Source: Minisyncoccota bacterium (GTDB lineage: Bacteria > Patescibacteriota > Minisyncoccia > Phycocordibacterales > CAJBRS01). From it: 64,000 nt of DNA. The stretch is from NCBI GenBank assembly GCA_035652395.1, contig DASRDX010000012.1, positions 23,861 through 87,860 of the forward strand, given 5' to 3'. The translations under genes and the position numbers were made by a program. Below, in pieces: positions 28,641-38,565 of the stretch; position 1 is the first letter of the stretch, and each line of letters begins with the position of its first letter. The notes under the pieces are model-generated. The model had not been told where the DNA came from. It was given only the letters and a program-made list of their open reading frames with translations, and did not search any database.

Positions 28641-29203
28641 TATTTTGATATCTCCAATAATTTCTCTAAAACAATTGGTAGTTCATTAAAACCATCTTCC
28701 CCATTTATGTGTCCGGCGTTTTTAATAATAATTATTTCTGGATTCAATCGTTCCTTAAATAGTTGAGTATTTTCTTCAAATGGCACCACCGGATCATTAT
28801 CCGAAAAGATTGTGACTATTCTAGAAGAGCGTTTTTTTATCATTGCAAAATCAATTGGTGTCTTGAACCACGGTTCAGCTATCTCGTCTTCCCCTTCTAG
28901 GTTCATCAATGTAAACCATGGGGCTACTAATATAGTGCCCCCCATAGCGTTTCCGGGTCTAGCCAAATAACGAAGAGCGGTTTGCGTACCAATGCTATGG
29001 CCAATTAAATAGGTGTTTTTATCAGTTTTACCGATGATCTTTTCAAGCTGAGAAACCCACTTATCAATTTGAGGGGTTTCTGTCTCTGGCATATCCGGAA
29101 CCTGTACTTCAAAACCTCGAACTTCTAATTCTTTTTTCAGCCACGGAAACCAATCAGATTTCGAATCAGCTCCCCAGCCATGGATAATAATTACTCTTTT
29201 CAT
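28640..29203 (-). CDS. Alpha/beta serine hydrolase, RBBP9/YdeN-like family
   Basis: VIIIHGWGADS...YLIGHSIGT (GxSxG)...; ~190 aa, typical of the PF06821-like family. Confidence 0.65.
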   Translation of the reverse strand: MKRVIIIHGWGADSKSDWFPWLKKELEVRGFEVQVPDMPETETPQIDKWVSQLEKIIGKTDKNTYLIGHSIGTQTALRYLARPGNAMGGTILVAPWFTLMNLEGEDEIAEPWFKTPIDFAMIKKRSSRIVTIFSDNDPVVPFEENTQLFKERLNPEIIIIKNAGHINGEDGFNELPIVLEKLLEISK

Positions 29204-32200
29204 TTCATGATTTTCAATCTTACGGCCATATCTTCAATTTGAATTTCTTTTCCCTCGCCATCTTCAAACTTAATCTCCTTTAAACCGGTGGCGTGGGAAA
29301 TTTCGGTCTGGAATTTTTTAATTAGAGCCTCGCCAGCTGGGCTTGCTGAAATTACAAGCCCAGCCTTTTCTCCTACCTGTAGTCCTTCTTCTTTTCTCAA
29401 ATCTTGAATGGCTCTCATAAGTTCACGTACCTGTCCTTCTTCTTTTAATTCAGAGGTAATGTTGGTATCCAGATGAACTTCACTGTCAAGATGTTTGTCA
29501 ATATGCACCTCTTTGATGTTCAATTCATCTTTAATTAATTCCAAAAAATCTTCACCTAAACCTTTAAATTTAATTACCAACCGTTGAAGAGGCTGTCGGA
29601 CTTTAATATTCCCTTTAGCTCGCGCTTCCAAGCCAAAGGAGACAATTCTTCTAGTTTCTTCCATATCTTGAAGCAGATTTTTAGAGCTTGAAGCTGAAGG
29701 ATTAGGCCAATTTTCCAAATGTACACTTTCTTTGCCATCTTCGCCTTTCACTTTTTGATAAATATCTTCGGCTAGAAATGGCATAAATGGCGCCACTAAT
29801 TTTGAAAATTGCAGCAGAACGAAATGAATGGTGGAGAGAGCCGCCTGTTTGTCATCTTCGTCTTCACTCTTGAATCGTTCGCGGGAGCGCCGTAAATACC
29901 ATGTTGAAAGATCGTCAATGAAATTGGCAATCGGTCGAGCGGCTTTGTCCAATTCGTATTTATCCAGATTCCTTGTGATTTCATTATTTAACTCATTTAG
30001 TCGAGCAATAATCCATTGGTCTAGAATATTTTCAGATTTCGAATTTTGGACTTCGAATTTTCCGTTTTTATACAATTCGTAGAAACTGACAACATTAAGC
30101 AGTCGATTTAATACTTTTTTAGTCACTTCATCCAGCCCTTTTTCGGAAAAGGCCACTTCTTCAGCCCGCACTGCCGGAGAAGAAATCAGGAAATAACGCA
30201 AGGCATCTGCGCTGAATTTGTCGATGGTAGGCTCAAGATCTGGATAATTTTGCAGGCTTTTGGACATCTTGCGGCCATCTTCAGCTAAAATTAAGCCGTT
30301 TACTACCACATTTTTATAAGGCGACTGATCGAACAATTCATAATTCAAAACTAGAAGCGCGTAAAACCAGCCGCGGGTCTGATCCAGCCCTTCGGCGATA
30401 AAATTAGCTGGGAATATGGTCGGTTTTGCTTTACCAAAAAAGCTTTTTTTAACAGACGCAGGATCATAGGGAAAATGGAGTTTGCCGTATGGCATCGATC
30501 CCGACTCATACCAAACGTCAAAAACTTCCGGCACTCGCCTGAATTCGTCACCGCAATCACATTTCCAAGTCACCTCATCGATAAATGGTCGATGAAAGTC
30601 CAGCTGATATTTTTCATTATGTGGGATTTCAGCAAAATCAAAATTCCTAATTTCGGCGTTTGTGAGCATCCATTTATTTTCAAACTGTTTCCGCCAACTT
30701 GTTATGTCTTGATTAAAAACCCCATCTGCCCCCATCATCATTAATTCTATCGGTAAATTGTGGGAAATGATAAAAATATTTTTCCCTTTGTATTTTTTAT
30801 CAATCTCATAGAGAAATTCCATGACTCTGTTTTTTACATCTGACCAATTTTCTCCACTTTTGGGTTTTTTGATAAATCGATCTTCCCGAGAAGCAAACTG
30901 CTCATGATATTCTTTCCAGCTTTTACCCTCATACTCACCCGCATCTAATTCCCTAAGGCGTTTATCAACAATAATTTTATCTTCTGGGAGATTAAGTACT
31001 TTATTGACAATGTCCTTTGTCTCCGTTGTTCGGAAAAAATCTGAGACAGCCAATAGATCCACTTTTTGATGTTTTAAGGTTTTAGCGGCATTTTCTACTT
31101 GTTCTTTCCCTAACTTGGTTAAATGATCCTCGTTGGAATAAACAGAACTAACTAAGTTTTTAGTGTTGGCCTCAGACTGCCCGTGCCGCATCAAAAAATA
31201 ATTATTTCGTCGCGTTTTGGCTTGGATATCGGCGAGAGATCCCAAAACTTCCCGCTTTTCACATTTTTCGCATTTCCAGACCGGAATTGGGGCACCCCAA
31301 TAACGGGAACGGGAAATAGCCCAGTCACGGGCTCCTTCGAGCCAGTTACCAAAGCGATTTTCGCCAATATTTTTAGGCACCCAGTTTATTTTCTGGTTTT
31401 CGGCGACTAACTTGTCTTTAAAGTCCGTTACCCGAACAAACCATGAGGAAGTGGCGTAATTTAATAGCGGCGTCTCACAGCGCCAGCAGTGCGGATATGA
31501 GTGAACAATCTTCTCTTTGGCATAGAGAAGGTTGTGATGAGCCAGATATTTAATAATTTCTATATCAGCTTTTTGGTGATCATCTTTTGGTTTAGCTAAT
31601 TCATTAGCAAAATCTTCTACTTCTGCCTTAAATCGGCCGTTCGAATCAATGTGCTGGATAAACGGAAGTCCTTCTTTTTTGGCCAATTGAAAATCCTCAT
31701 CACCAAAAGCCGGAGCCATATGCACAATGCCTGTTCCTTCTTCGGTAGTAACAAAGTCGGCGGCATAAATTTTCCAGCCGCGTTTTTCGGCATTCGCATT
31801 CCCCTGAACATCTTTTAACGGAACATTTTGATAATAATCAAAAAGAGGTTTGTAAGGCTGACCGATTAATTCGTTAGAGCTGACATTTTTTTCGATATCG
31901 TAAGGTTTATCTTTAAAAACGCCGGCCAGTCGATCTTTGGCCACAATATAAGAAATTCCTTCACTTTCCACCTGGACATATTCAATTTTTGGATTGATGG
32001 CGAGAGCTACATTTCCGGGCAAGGTCCACGGTGTAGTGGTCCAGGCCAAGACAAAAACATCCGGTTTATTAATCAATTCGAACTTAGCGTAGACGGAAAT
32101 GTCCGTGATATCTTTATAACCCTGATTGACTTCAAAGTTTGAAAGTGGAGTGCCGCAGCGCGGACAGTATTGCATCACCAGAAAGCTCTGGTAAATGCGT

Positions 32201-32700
32201 CCTTTTTTGTCGAGCTCTTTGAAAGACCACCAAACACTTTCGGTGTAAGTCGGATCCATCGTTCGATAATCATTTTCCATGTCTACCCAACGAGCGATGC
32301 GTGGGATGATCTTCTTCCATTCGTCGGCATAACGCAAGACACTCTTTTTGGCGGCCGCATTGAATTTTTCAATACCGTACTGCTCAATGTCACGTTTGTT
32401 GTTCAGTCCCAATTCTTTCTCAATCAGATTTTCAATTGGCAAGCCGTGACAATCCCAGCCCCATTTTCGCTCCACGTGATATCCTTGCATAGTTTTGTAA
32501 CGCGGAATGACATCTTTTATAGTGTTGGGCAAAACATGGCCGAAGTGAGGCAAGCCGGTGGCAAAAGGAGGACCGTCATAAAAAACAAAATTGCCTTTCG
32601 GCGACTCTTTGGAAAGGCTTTTCTCAAAAATCTGATTTTCCTGCCAGAATTTTAGGGTTTCCTCTTCTTTTTTGGCAATTTCGCTCTTATTTAAAGCCAT
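29200..32700 (-). CDS. ileS: Isoleucyl-tRNA synthetase (type with CxxC Zn knuckle) carrying an inserted histidine-phosphatase (PGAM-like) domain
   Basis: PFATGLPHFGHVLPNT (HIGH), WTTTPWTLPGN (editing domain), KMSKSLQN. Between WKCEKCEK and WKCDCGDEF sits a ~200-aa block beginning LMRHGQSEAN and containing FIISHN. Confidence 0.9.
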   Translation of the reverse strand: MALNKSEIAKKEEETLKFWQENQIFEKSLSKESPKGNFVFYDGPPFATGLPHFGHVLPNTIKDVIPRYKTMQGYHVERKWGWDCHGLPIENLIEKELGLNNKRDIEQYGIEKFNAAAKKSVLRYADEWKKIIPRIARWVDMENDYRTMDPTYTESVWWSFKELDKKGRIYQSFLVMQYCPRCGTPLSNFEVNQGYKDITDISVYAKFELINKPDVFVLAWTTTPWTLPGNVALAINPKIEYVQVESEGISYIVAKDRLAGVFKDKPYDIEKNVSSNELIGQPYKPLFDYYQNVPLKDVQGNANAEKRGWKIYAADFVTTEEGTGIVHMAPAFGDEDFQLAKKEGLPFIQHIDSNGRFKAEVEDFANELAKPKDDHQKADIEIIKYLAHHNLLYAKEKIVHSYPHCWRCETPLLNYATSSWFVRVTDFKDKLVAENQKINWVPKNIGENRFGNWLEGARDWAISRSRYWGAPIPVWKCEKCEKREVLGSLADIQAKTRRNNYFLMRHGQSEANTKNLVSSVYSNEDHLTKLGKEQVENAAKTLKHQKVDLLAVSDFFRTTETKDIVNKVLNLPEDKIIVDKRLRELDAGEYEGKSWKEYHEQFASREDRFIKKPKSGENWSDVKNRVMEFLYEIDKKYKGKNIFIISHNLPIELMMMGADGVFNQDITSWRKQFENKWMLTNAEIRNFDFAEIPHNEKYQLDFHRPFIDEVTWKCDCGDEFRRVPEVFDVWYESGSMPYGKLHFPYDPASVKKSFFGKAKPTIFPANFIAEGLDQTRGWFYALLVLNYELFDQSPYKNVVVNGLILAEDGRKMSKSLQNYPDLEPTIDKFSADALRYFLISSPAVRAEEVAFSEKGLDEVTKKVLNRLLNVVSFYELYKNGKFEVQNSKSENILDQWIIARLNELNNEITRNLDKYELDKAARPIANFIDDLSTWYLRRSRERFKSEDEDDKQAALSTIHFVLLQFSKLVAPFMPFLAEDIYQKVKGEDGKESVHLENWPNPSASSSKNLLQDMEETRRIVSFGLEARAKGNIKVRQPLQRLVIKFKGLGEDFLELIKDELNIKEVHIDKHLDSEVHLDTNITSELKEEGQVRELMRAIQDLRKEEGLQVGEKAGLVISASPAGEALIKKFQTEISHATGLKEIKFEDGEGKEIQIEDMAVRLKIMK
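30601..31218 (-). other. Histidine phosphatase (phosphoglycerate mutase-like) domain inserted in IleRS (approx. residues 495-700)
   Basis: RHGxSExN catalytic motif (LMRHGQSEAN) and second His motif (NIFIISHNLPIEL), flanked by the two halves of the IleRS Zn-binding CxxC...CxC element. Confidence 0.7.
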
Positions 32701-32712
32701 GTATTAAGAATA

Positions 32713-34479
32713 CTACATCTTCTCGGGAACTTGAATGCCTAAAAGATATAAACCATTTTTCATGACTGTTGAGACGGATTGAGTTAAGGCTAATCTGTAA
32801 CTGGAATTTTTGTCTTCTTTATCAATGATTTTTGAGTGGGCGTAGAAATTATTAAATTCTCCAGCTAATTCAATTAAGTAAGTGGCGAGGTGATGGGGTT
32901 CCATTTCATCCAAAGCACGTTGGACAATTTCTGGGAAGCGATAGAGGTAACGTTCGAGAGAGGTGGATGGCGGAGGCGTTTCAGTAGTCGCCTCCGCCAT
33001 CATTCCCTCTTCCTTGGCCTTTCGCAAAACTGATTCAGCGCGGGTGTGAGTGTACTGAAGATACGGTCCCGAATCCCCTTCAAATGATAGAGAATTTTCA
33101 ATATCAAAAATGATATCCTTGCCAATCTTTTGTTTAAGAATTGAGTATTTAATGGCGCCGACGGCAATAATGGAAGCCAATTTAGTTTGTTCCTCTTCAT
33201 TAAAGCCGCGATCTTTCATCTTTTCTTTGGCTCGGTTTTCAATCTCAGACAAAAGCGCTTCGGCAGCGATGACTTCGCCGGTGCGGGATGACATCTTGCC
33301 GGTCGGCAATTTTAGCAGACCGTGAGAAATATGTTTGGTCTTTTCGGCTAATTTTGGATTGGTGAATTCTAAGGCTTTTAGCAGAACTTTAAAATAATCA
33401 TTGACTTCATTGGCAGTCACTACGATAGAAAGATCGTACGGGAAAACTTCGTGCTTCATTTCAGCCAAAGCAAGCTCTTTGGCTTCATAGGTTGGCAGGC
33501 CCTGACTGTTAATAAAGACGCGGGTGTGAAGTCCGGATTTTTCTTCCTTCAGGACCACAGCCCCTTCACTTTCTTCAAAGACGCCTTTCTTTAGAAATTT
33601 CGTCACTATCTCTTTGCCGCGTGGCGCCGCTACGCTCTCAAAAAAATATTGATCAAATTGCGTACCGAGCTTTTTATAGATTTCTTCAAAATACTCTAGA
33701 CTCCACTCGCGACCTTGATCATAAAACTGGTTAATCTCTTCATCAGAGCGATCATAGATTTTCTGGTTGATTGAATTGATCTCCTTTTCATTTTCCGGAG
33801 AGTCTTTAGCATGACTGGCACCGAGAGCATAGGCTTGGCCAAGGTATTTGATGCGGGAAGAGAGGGCGGCCGTTTCCGCAGGAAACGGCTCTTTCATAAA
33901 TCGAATGCCCCAAATAGCCAGCGCGACATGGCGCCCCGCATCCCCTTGATAACAAACTCTTTTAATATTCGCCGAGGCGAAAGAAATGATTCGCGAGAGG
34001 GATTCTCCGACGGCATTACTCATCAAGTGACCGATATGAAATTGTTTAAAGGGATTCGGGTCGGTGTACTCAACTAAAATCAGCCGATCTTTAAGAGTTT
34101 GATTCTGGCCGAAATTTTGGCCGCTTTTTGCCGCGGCCAAAATTTCGGCTACCCTCTCTCTAAAAAACTTGCCTGACAAATAAAAATTAATAAAACCCGC
34201 TCCCGCCACTTCGACCCTTTCAACATCAATATCTTTTTTCTCATTTAATTTTTGGGTAATCTCCACCGCCAGCGAAAGCGGCTCCTTCTTTAACTTCTTT
34301 CCCAGCACTAAAGCCACATTGGAAGAATAATCTCCATGATCAAGGTTGGTTGGATGCTCCAAAACAAATTCCGGAACTTCTAAATTCAGTTCCTTTAAAG
34401 CCACCTCTATGAGTTCTTTTAATTTCGGCACACTCATGAGTTTATTATATGCTAAATCAAAATAAAATCCGCCAATCAT
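32713..34479 (-). CDS. argS: Arginyl-tRNA synthetase
   Basis: FHIGHLMSNAVGESL (HIGH); DALR-type C-terminus. Start at 34479 overlaps the upstream stop (ATGA); an alternative start is 34437 (MSVPKLK). Confidence 0.88.
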   Translation of the reverse strand: MIGGFYFDLAYNKLMSVPKLKELIEVALKELNLEVPEFVLEHPTNLDHGDYSSNVALVLGKKLKKEPLSLAVEITQKLNEKKDIDVERVEVAGAGFINFYLSGKFFRERVAEILAAAKSGQNFGQNQTLKDRLILVEYTDPNPFKQFHIGHLMSNAVGESLSRIISFASANIKRVCYQGDAGRHVALAIWGIRFMKEPFPAETAALSSRIKYLGQAYALGASHAKDSPENEKEINSINQKIYDRSDEEINQFYDQGREWSLEYFEEIYKKLGTQFDQYFFESVAAPRGKEIVTKFLKKGVFEESEGAVVLKEEKSGLHTRVFINSQGLPTYEAKELALAEMKHEVFPYDLSIVVTANEVNDYFKVLLKALEFTNPKLAEKTKHISHGLLKLPTGKMSSRTGEVIAAEALLSEIENRAKEKMKDRGFNEEEQTKLASIIAVGAIKYSILKQKIGKDIIFDIENSLSFEGDSGPYLQYTHTRAESVLRKAKEEGMMAEATTETPPPSTSLERYLYRFPEIVQRALDEMEPHHLATYLIELAGEFNNFYAHSKIIDKEDKNSSYRLALTQSVSTVMKNGLYLLGIQVPEKM

Positions 34480-35150
34480 TTGATTGACGGCCGGATATTA
34501 TACTTATCAATGAGATGCCGAGTAATTTCATCTGCAATGTAAGAAGGGTGCTGACAGCCATCAAGTATTTTCCAACGTTCTGGCTCAGCTAAAATCTGCT
34601 CTTCATAATTCTTAATCACTTTCGAGTTTTCAAGAATCCGATCATTGTCATACGGTCCCATAAGCAAGCTTCGCAGGTACCCCTGCGCTTCTTGTAGACC
34701 GTCCTCTTCGCTAATCCGAGGATAAAAAAGCTGATCGGGTAGAAGAGCATTACCATACCGCTGGTAAAGAAGATTGATCCTTTCAGAAAAATCTTCTTGG
34801 TTTATCTCCGATTGATAGTGAGCTTTAGTCGCTTCCACGTAGGCATGCCAGCTAATAACTGACTTTCCTTGAGCAATAATTTGCCTAACTTTTTCCGCTT
34901 GAACCAGACAATAACTTAAGCAGATCTCAAGTAATTGATTGGAGGAAAATCCCAGCGGTGGAAATAAGACGCTAAAAAGTTGAGGTTTGGTTCTTTCTCC
35001 AATGCCGGCGCGTGGTCGTCCATAAAAATTCAGAACCCCTCGAAACCTTGATTGCAAGAGACGATAGGCTGTTTCTTTGTTAAATCGTGACACTCCGGCG
35101 AAAGCAAAGTGATAACCTCTTTTACGAGGTTCGCGTTTAAAGAGCTTCAT
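34476..35150 (-). CDS. Hypothetical protein
   Basis: 224-aa ORF translationally coupled to argS; no recognised motif. Confidence 0.45.
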   Translation of the reverse strand: MKLFKREPRKRGYHFAFAGVSRFNKETAYRLLQSRFRGVLNFYGRPRAGIGERTKPQLFSVLFPPLGFSSNQLLEICLSYCLVQAEKVRQIIAQGKSVISWHAYVEATKAHYQSEINQEDFSERINLLYQRYGNALLPDQLFYPRISEEDGLQEAQGYLRSLLMGPYDNDRILENSKVIKNYEEQILAEPERWKILDGCQHPSYIADEITRHLIDKYNIRPSIK

Positions 35151-35191
35151 TCATTTTTAAGATAGCACAAGAAAAATTTTTGCCTAGAGGA

Positions 35192-36367
35192 TTATTTCTG
35201 GCGCAAGATTGAGTCAATCTTTCGGGCAATCTTGCGCATATCTTCTTCCTTCTTGCCGCGAGTAGTTTCCGCGGCCGTACCCAAGCGTATACCCGATGGA
35301 TCAACGGCGCTGCGCGATTCACCCGGAATTGTATTTTTGTTGACGATAATGCCAGCTTTCTCTAGTCGATCACTGGCTTCCTTGCCGGAAAGTCCTGTGC
35401 CCCCCATCCAAGTGTCCATCAAAATCAGATGGCTGTCAGTACCTCCGGAAATAATCCGCCAGCCGAGTTTGGCCAATTCACCCGCCATGGCAGCTGTGTT
35501 CTTAATCACTTGCTTGGCGTAGTTTCTAAATTCCTTAGTATCAGCTTCTCCAAGAGCCACCGCCACGGCGGCAATCTGATTGAGGTGCGGACCGCCTTGC
35601 ATACCGGGGAAGATGGCTTTGTCAATCTTTTTGTCAAATCCCCTCTCGTCTTTTCGCACAAAGATCATGGCCGCTCGCGGGCCGCGCAGGGTTTTATGAA
35701 CCGTAGTGGTAACAACATCGGCGTAATCAAAGGGCGAAGGATAAGCGCGACCGGCCACCAGTCCGGCAAAGTGAGACATGTCCACCATTAAAATGGCCCC
35801 AACTTTATCGGCAATTTTTCTAAATTTTTTAAAATCAACAATGCGAGGATAAGCGGTAAAACCGGCCACAATAATGTCCGGCCTTTCCAGTTCAGCAATT
35901 TTTTGGAGAGCTTTGAAATCCAGAGTTTCAGTTTTTTCATTTACTCCGAATGGCACCTGCTGCCAGAAACTGCCGGTAATGGAAACTTTGTGTCCGTGCG
36001 TGAGGTGCCCACCCGCCGTCAGACTCATACCCATAATTTTGCCTCCTGGCGGCACCAGGGCTAGATAAACGGCCACATTGGCGGGAGAACCGGAGAGAGG
36101 TTGGACATTCACGTGCCATTTCTTTGGATTTAATTTGAATAATTTCAGAGCCCGAGCTTTTGCCAAGTCTTCTATTTGGTCAGTCACCTCGTTACCCCCA
36201 TAGTAACGTTTAGCCGGATAACCTTCAGCATATTTATTAGTCAGCTCCGATCCGAGAGCCGTGAGTACATCCGCCGACACAATATTCTCGGAAGCAATAA
36301 GATTAATAACTTTTTTCTGGCGCGAAATTTCTTCTTTAATTAATTTAGCAATTTGTTTATCTTTCAT
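35192..36367 (-). CDS. glyA: Serine hydroxymethyltransferase
   Basis: ...VTTTVHKTLRGPRAAMIF...GGTDSHLILMD... canonical SHMT. Confidence 0.95.
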   Translation of the reverse strand: MKDKQIAKLIKEEISRQKKVINLIASENIVSADVLTALGSELTNKYAEGYPAKRYYGGNEVTDQIEDLAKARALKLFKLNPKKWHVNVQPLSGSPANVAVYLALVPPGGKIMGMSLTAGGHLTHGHKVSITGSFWQQVPFGVNEKTETLDFKALQKIAELERPDIIVAGFTAYPRIVDFKKFRKIADKVGAILMVDMSHFAGLVAGRAYPSPFDYADVVTTTVHKTLRGPRAAMIFVRKDERGFDKKIDKAIFPGMQGGPHLNQIAAVAVALGEADTKEFRNYAKQVIKNTAAMAGELAKLGWRIISGGTDSHLILMDTWMGGTGLSGKEASDRLEKAGIIVNKNTIPGESRSAVDPSGIRLGTAAETTRGKKEEDMRKIARKIDSILRQK

Positions 36368-36527
36368 GATTCATTGAAATTAAAGTGGAATAAAGGGAAA
36401 CGGTTTTTTAGGAAGCTAAATCATAAAAACATCTTATCATAAATAAAATACGCCCAGAGATTATACGGGTGAGGTTAGTTTTGTAAAGATTTTGACTTTT
36501 TGAAAGGCGATAAGATAGACTGAGGAT

Positions 36528-37439
36528 ATGAAGCCATACGATCAGCGGACGGCTGATAATCAATACCAAATTCTTCTTCGAAAAATCCTCGAAGAAGGAG
36601 AAAAAATGACGAGTCAACAAGGCATCGATGCTATCACTTTAATGGCTCCCGGCTCGATGCGTTTTAAAATGGAAAACGGGTTCCCAATGATCACTGAACG
36701 AAACATGAATCCGAAAACTTCGGAGTTTCTGCCGGTAACAGTCTGGCAGCAAGCTATCGGGGAAATTTGTGCATTTATAAATGGCGCTCGGACACTGGAG
36801 CAGCTTGAGAGTTTTGGTTGTTATTGGTGGAAAGCTTGGGGGACGCCGGAAAAATGCGCCAAACGCGGATTGGCACCAGGAGATCTAGGGCCAGGTTCTT
36901 ATGGCGCCGCCTTTCATGACTTCCCCACCATTGAGGGTCCTACATTCAATCAATTTAAACATATTGTTGAACAAATAATTGAAGAACCTCACCTTCGTAC
37001 TCATTTTGTCAGTCCGTGGATTCCACAATATATAGGCCGCGGCAAAGGCAAACAACAAAAAGTAGTGGTAGCGCCCTGCCATGGTTGGGTTCATCTAAAA
37101 GTAATCAACAATAAATTAACTTTGCACATGTTCCAGCGATCGGGAGATGTTCCAGTGGGAGTACCGTCAAACATGATCCAATATGGAGCCTTATTAATGA
37201 TGCTGGCTCACGTTACCAATACTATTCCTTATGAATATATCCATACTATTTCCGATGCCCATATTTATGTTGATCAAGTCGAAGCTGTAAAAACTATGCT
37301 GGAGAGAGAACCTCGACCATTACCGACCATGACCCTAAACGCTGAAAAGAAAGATCTTTTTGCCTTTCGGTATGAAGATTTCTCTCTATCAGATTATAAT
37401 CCTCATCCGGGAATCAAAAAAATTCCTGTCGCAATCTAA
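36528..37439 (+). CDS. thyA: Thymidylate synthase family protein (divergent ThyA; Cys nucleophile and uracil-specifying Asn conserved)
   Basis: GSMRFKMENGFPMITERNM; VVAPCHGWVHL (PCH nucleophile); QRSGDVPVGVPSNMIQYGALL (Asn as in dUMP-specific ThyA); SDAHIYVDQVE. Confidence 0.7.
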   Translation: MKPYDQRTADNQYQILLRKILEEGEKMTSQQGIDAITLMAPGSMRFKMENGFPMITERNMNPKTSEFLPVTVWQQAIGEICAFINGARTLEQLESFGCYWWKAWGTPEKCAKRGLAPGDLGPGSYGAAFHDFPTIEGPTFNQFKHIVEQIIEEPHLRTHFVSPWIPQYIGRGKGKQQKVVVAPCHGWVHLKVINNKLTLHMFQRSGDVPVGVPSNMIQYGALLMMLAHVTNTIPYEYIHTISDAHIYVDQVEAVKTMLEREPRPLPTMTLNAEKKDLFAFRYEDFSLSDYNPHPGIKKIPVAI

Positions 37440-37440
37440 A

Positions 37441-37920
37441 ATGACTGGAGAGGATCAAAATTTCGTTGAGTTATCAAACGCTCGCCGCGAAGACCAAAAA
37501 AAGGTGTTGGAGCAAATTATTGCAGATGGAGTTTGTCCTTTCTGTAGAGAAAATTTAGTAAAATATCATAAAAATCCGATACTTAAGGAAGGTAAATATT
37601 GGCTGTTAACTGAAAATCAATGGCCATACATTTATACCAAACATCATTACATCGCTATTTATAAAACTCACCAAGAAAGTATTATTGATATCGATTCAGA
37701 AGCAGGTTCTGAGTTAATTAAGCTTTTTCAAGAATTGGTGCGTCAGGAAAATATTCCGGGTGGAGCGGTTGCCATTCGATTTGGTTCAAATTCTAAATTT
37801 GGTAATTATGGCAGCAGTGTTCGTCACATACATGCCCATCTTATAGAACCTGATTTAGAAAATCCGGAAAAGATAGCGATTAAATTTAAGATTGGTGATC
37901 CTAAGGGAAGAAAGAAATAA
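37441..37920 (+). CDS. HIT family protein with N-terminal CxxC
   Basis: GVCPFC ... RHIHAHLIE (HxHxHxx histidine triad). Start placed at the ATG immediately after the thyA stop. Confidence 0.6.
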   Translation: MTGEDQNFVELSNARREDQKKVLEQIIADGVCPFCRENLVKYHKNPILKEGKYWLLTENQWPYIYTKHHYIAIYKTHQESIIDIDSEAGSELIKLFQELVRQENIPGGAVAIRFGSNSKFGNYGSSVRHIHAHLIEPDLENPEKIAIKFKIGDPKGRKK

Positions 37921-38030
37921 ATTGACTTTAGACTTCAATGTGTTAAAAAGGCCTTAGTAAAAAGGAGGACAAAATAGAACCTAAAAATTTAATAACGGTA
38001 CCGGGTCTTCAGGAGGAAGAGATTGGCAGT

Positions 38031-38552
38031 TTGCTCAATGTACGGACATTCCCCCAATACATATCGATGGTTGAAGGAATTCTGGCCAAGCGGTGCATGT
38101 TCTGTCAGATTGACCCGACCAAAAACACCGTGATTTATGAAAACAGGTCGTGGAGAATGTGGTTAAATCCGTTTCCGCAAAAGCACCACGCCTTTCATAT
38201 AGTGGCAGCTTACCGACTGCACACTAATGATCTCGCGGCTTTAAACGATGACGATTGGAGAAGATTGGGTAAGGCTTTTTCTTGGGTCCAGGAAAAATAC
38301 AAATTCCCCGGCGGGGCATTAGCTATCCGGTTCGGTAATCCAAGATTCAACGCCGGTAGCATTCGTCATCTTCACTTCAACATTCAAGTGCCTGACGGAA
38401 GTGGTCGAGTTCAAATAACCTTGGCCAAGGAGCCGGAGGAAATTCTGGCGAAAAACCAGATACTGAGAGTCTTCGAAAAAATGCGGCAAGGAACTTCATT
38501 CGAAAATCTTTCGCTAGCCGAGCAGAGTTTAGTTAGGGATCGCATGCAATAG
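38031..38552 (+). CDS. HIT-like paralog with degenerate histidine triad
   Basis: RCMFCQI ... GGALAIRFGNPRFNAGSIRHLHFNIQV parallels the previous gene (GGAVAIRFGSNSKFGNYGSSVRHIHAHL), but the triad is HLHFN. Track start is TTG at 38031 (SD AGGAGGA upstream); first in-frame ATG is 38067. Confidence 0.5.
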   Translation: MLNVRTFPQYISMVEGILAKRCMFCQIDPTKNTVIYENRSWRMWLNPFPQKHHAFHIVAAYRLHTNDLAALNDDDWRRLGKAFSWVQEKYKFPGGALAIRFGNPRFNAGSIRHLHFNIQVPDGSGRVQITLAKEPEEILAKNQILRVFEKMRQGTSFENLSLAEQSLVRDRMQ

Positions 38553-38565
38553 CGATCCTTTTTAT

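Noticed and set aside
36528-37439. ThyA-like gene considered as a phage-type dUMP/dCMP hydroxymethylase marking a DNA-hypermodification island
   Set aside because: The uracil-specifying Asn and the folate-binding AHIY motif are conserved, and the neighbours are SHMT, DHFR, dCMP deaminase and FolD, which fits ordinary dTMP synthesis. No kinase, glycosyltransferase or phage genes are nearby.
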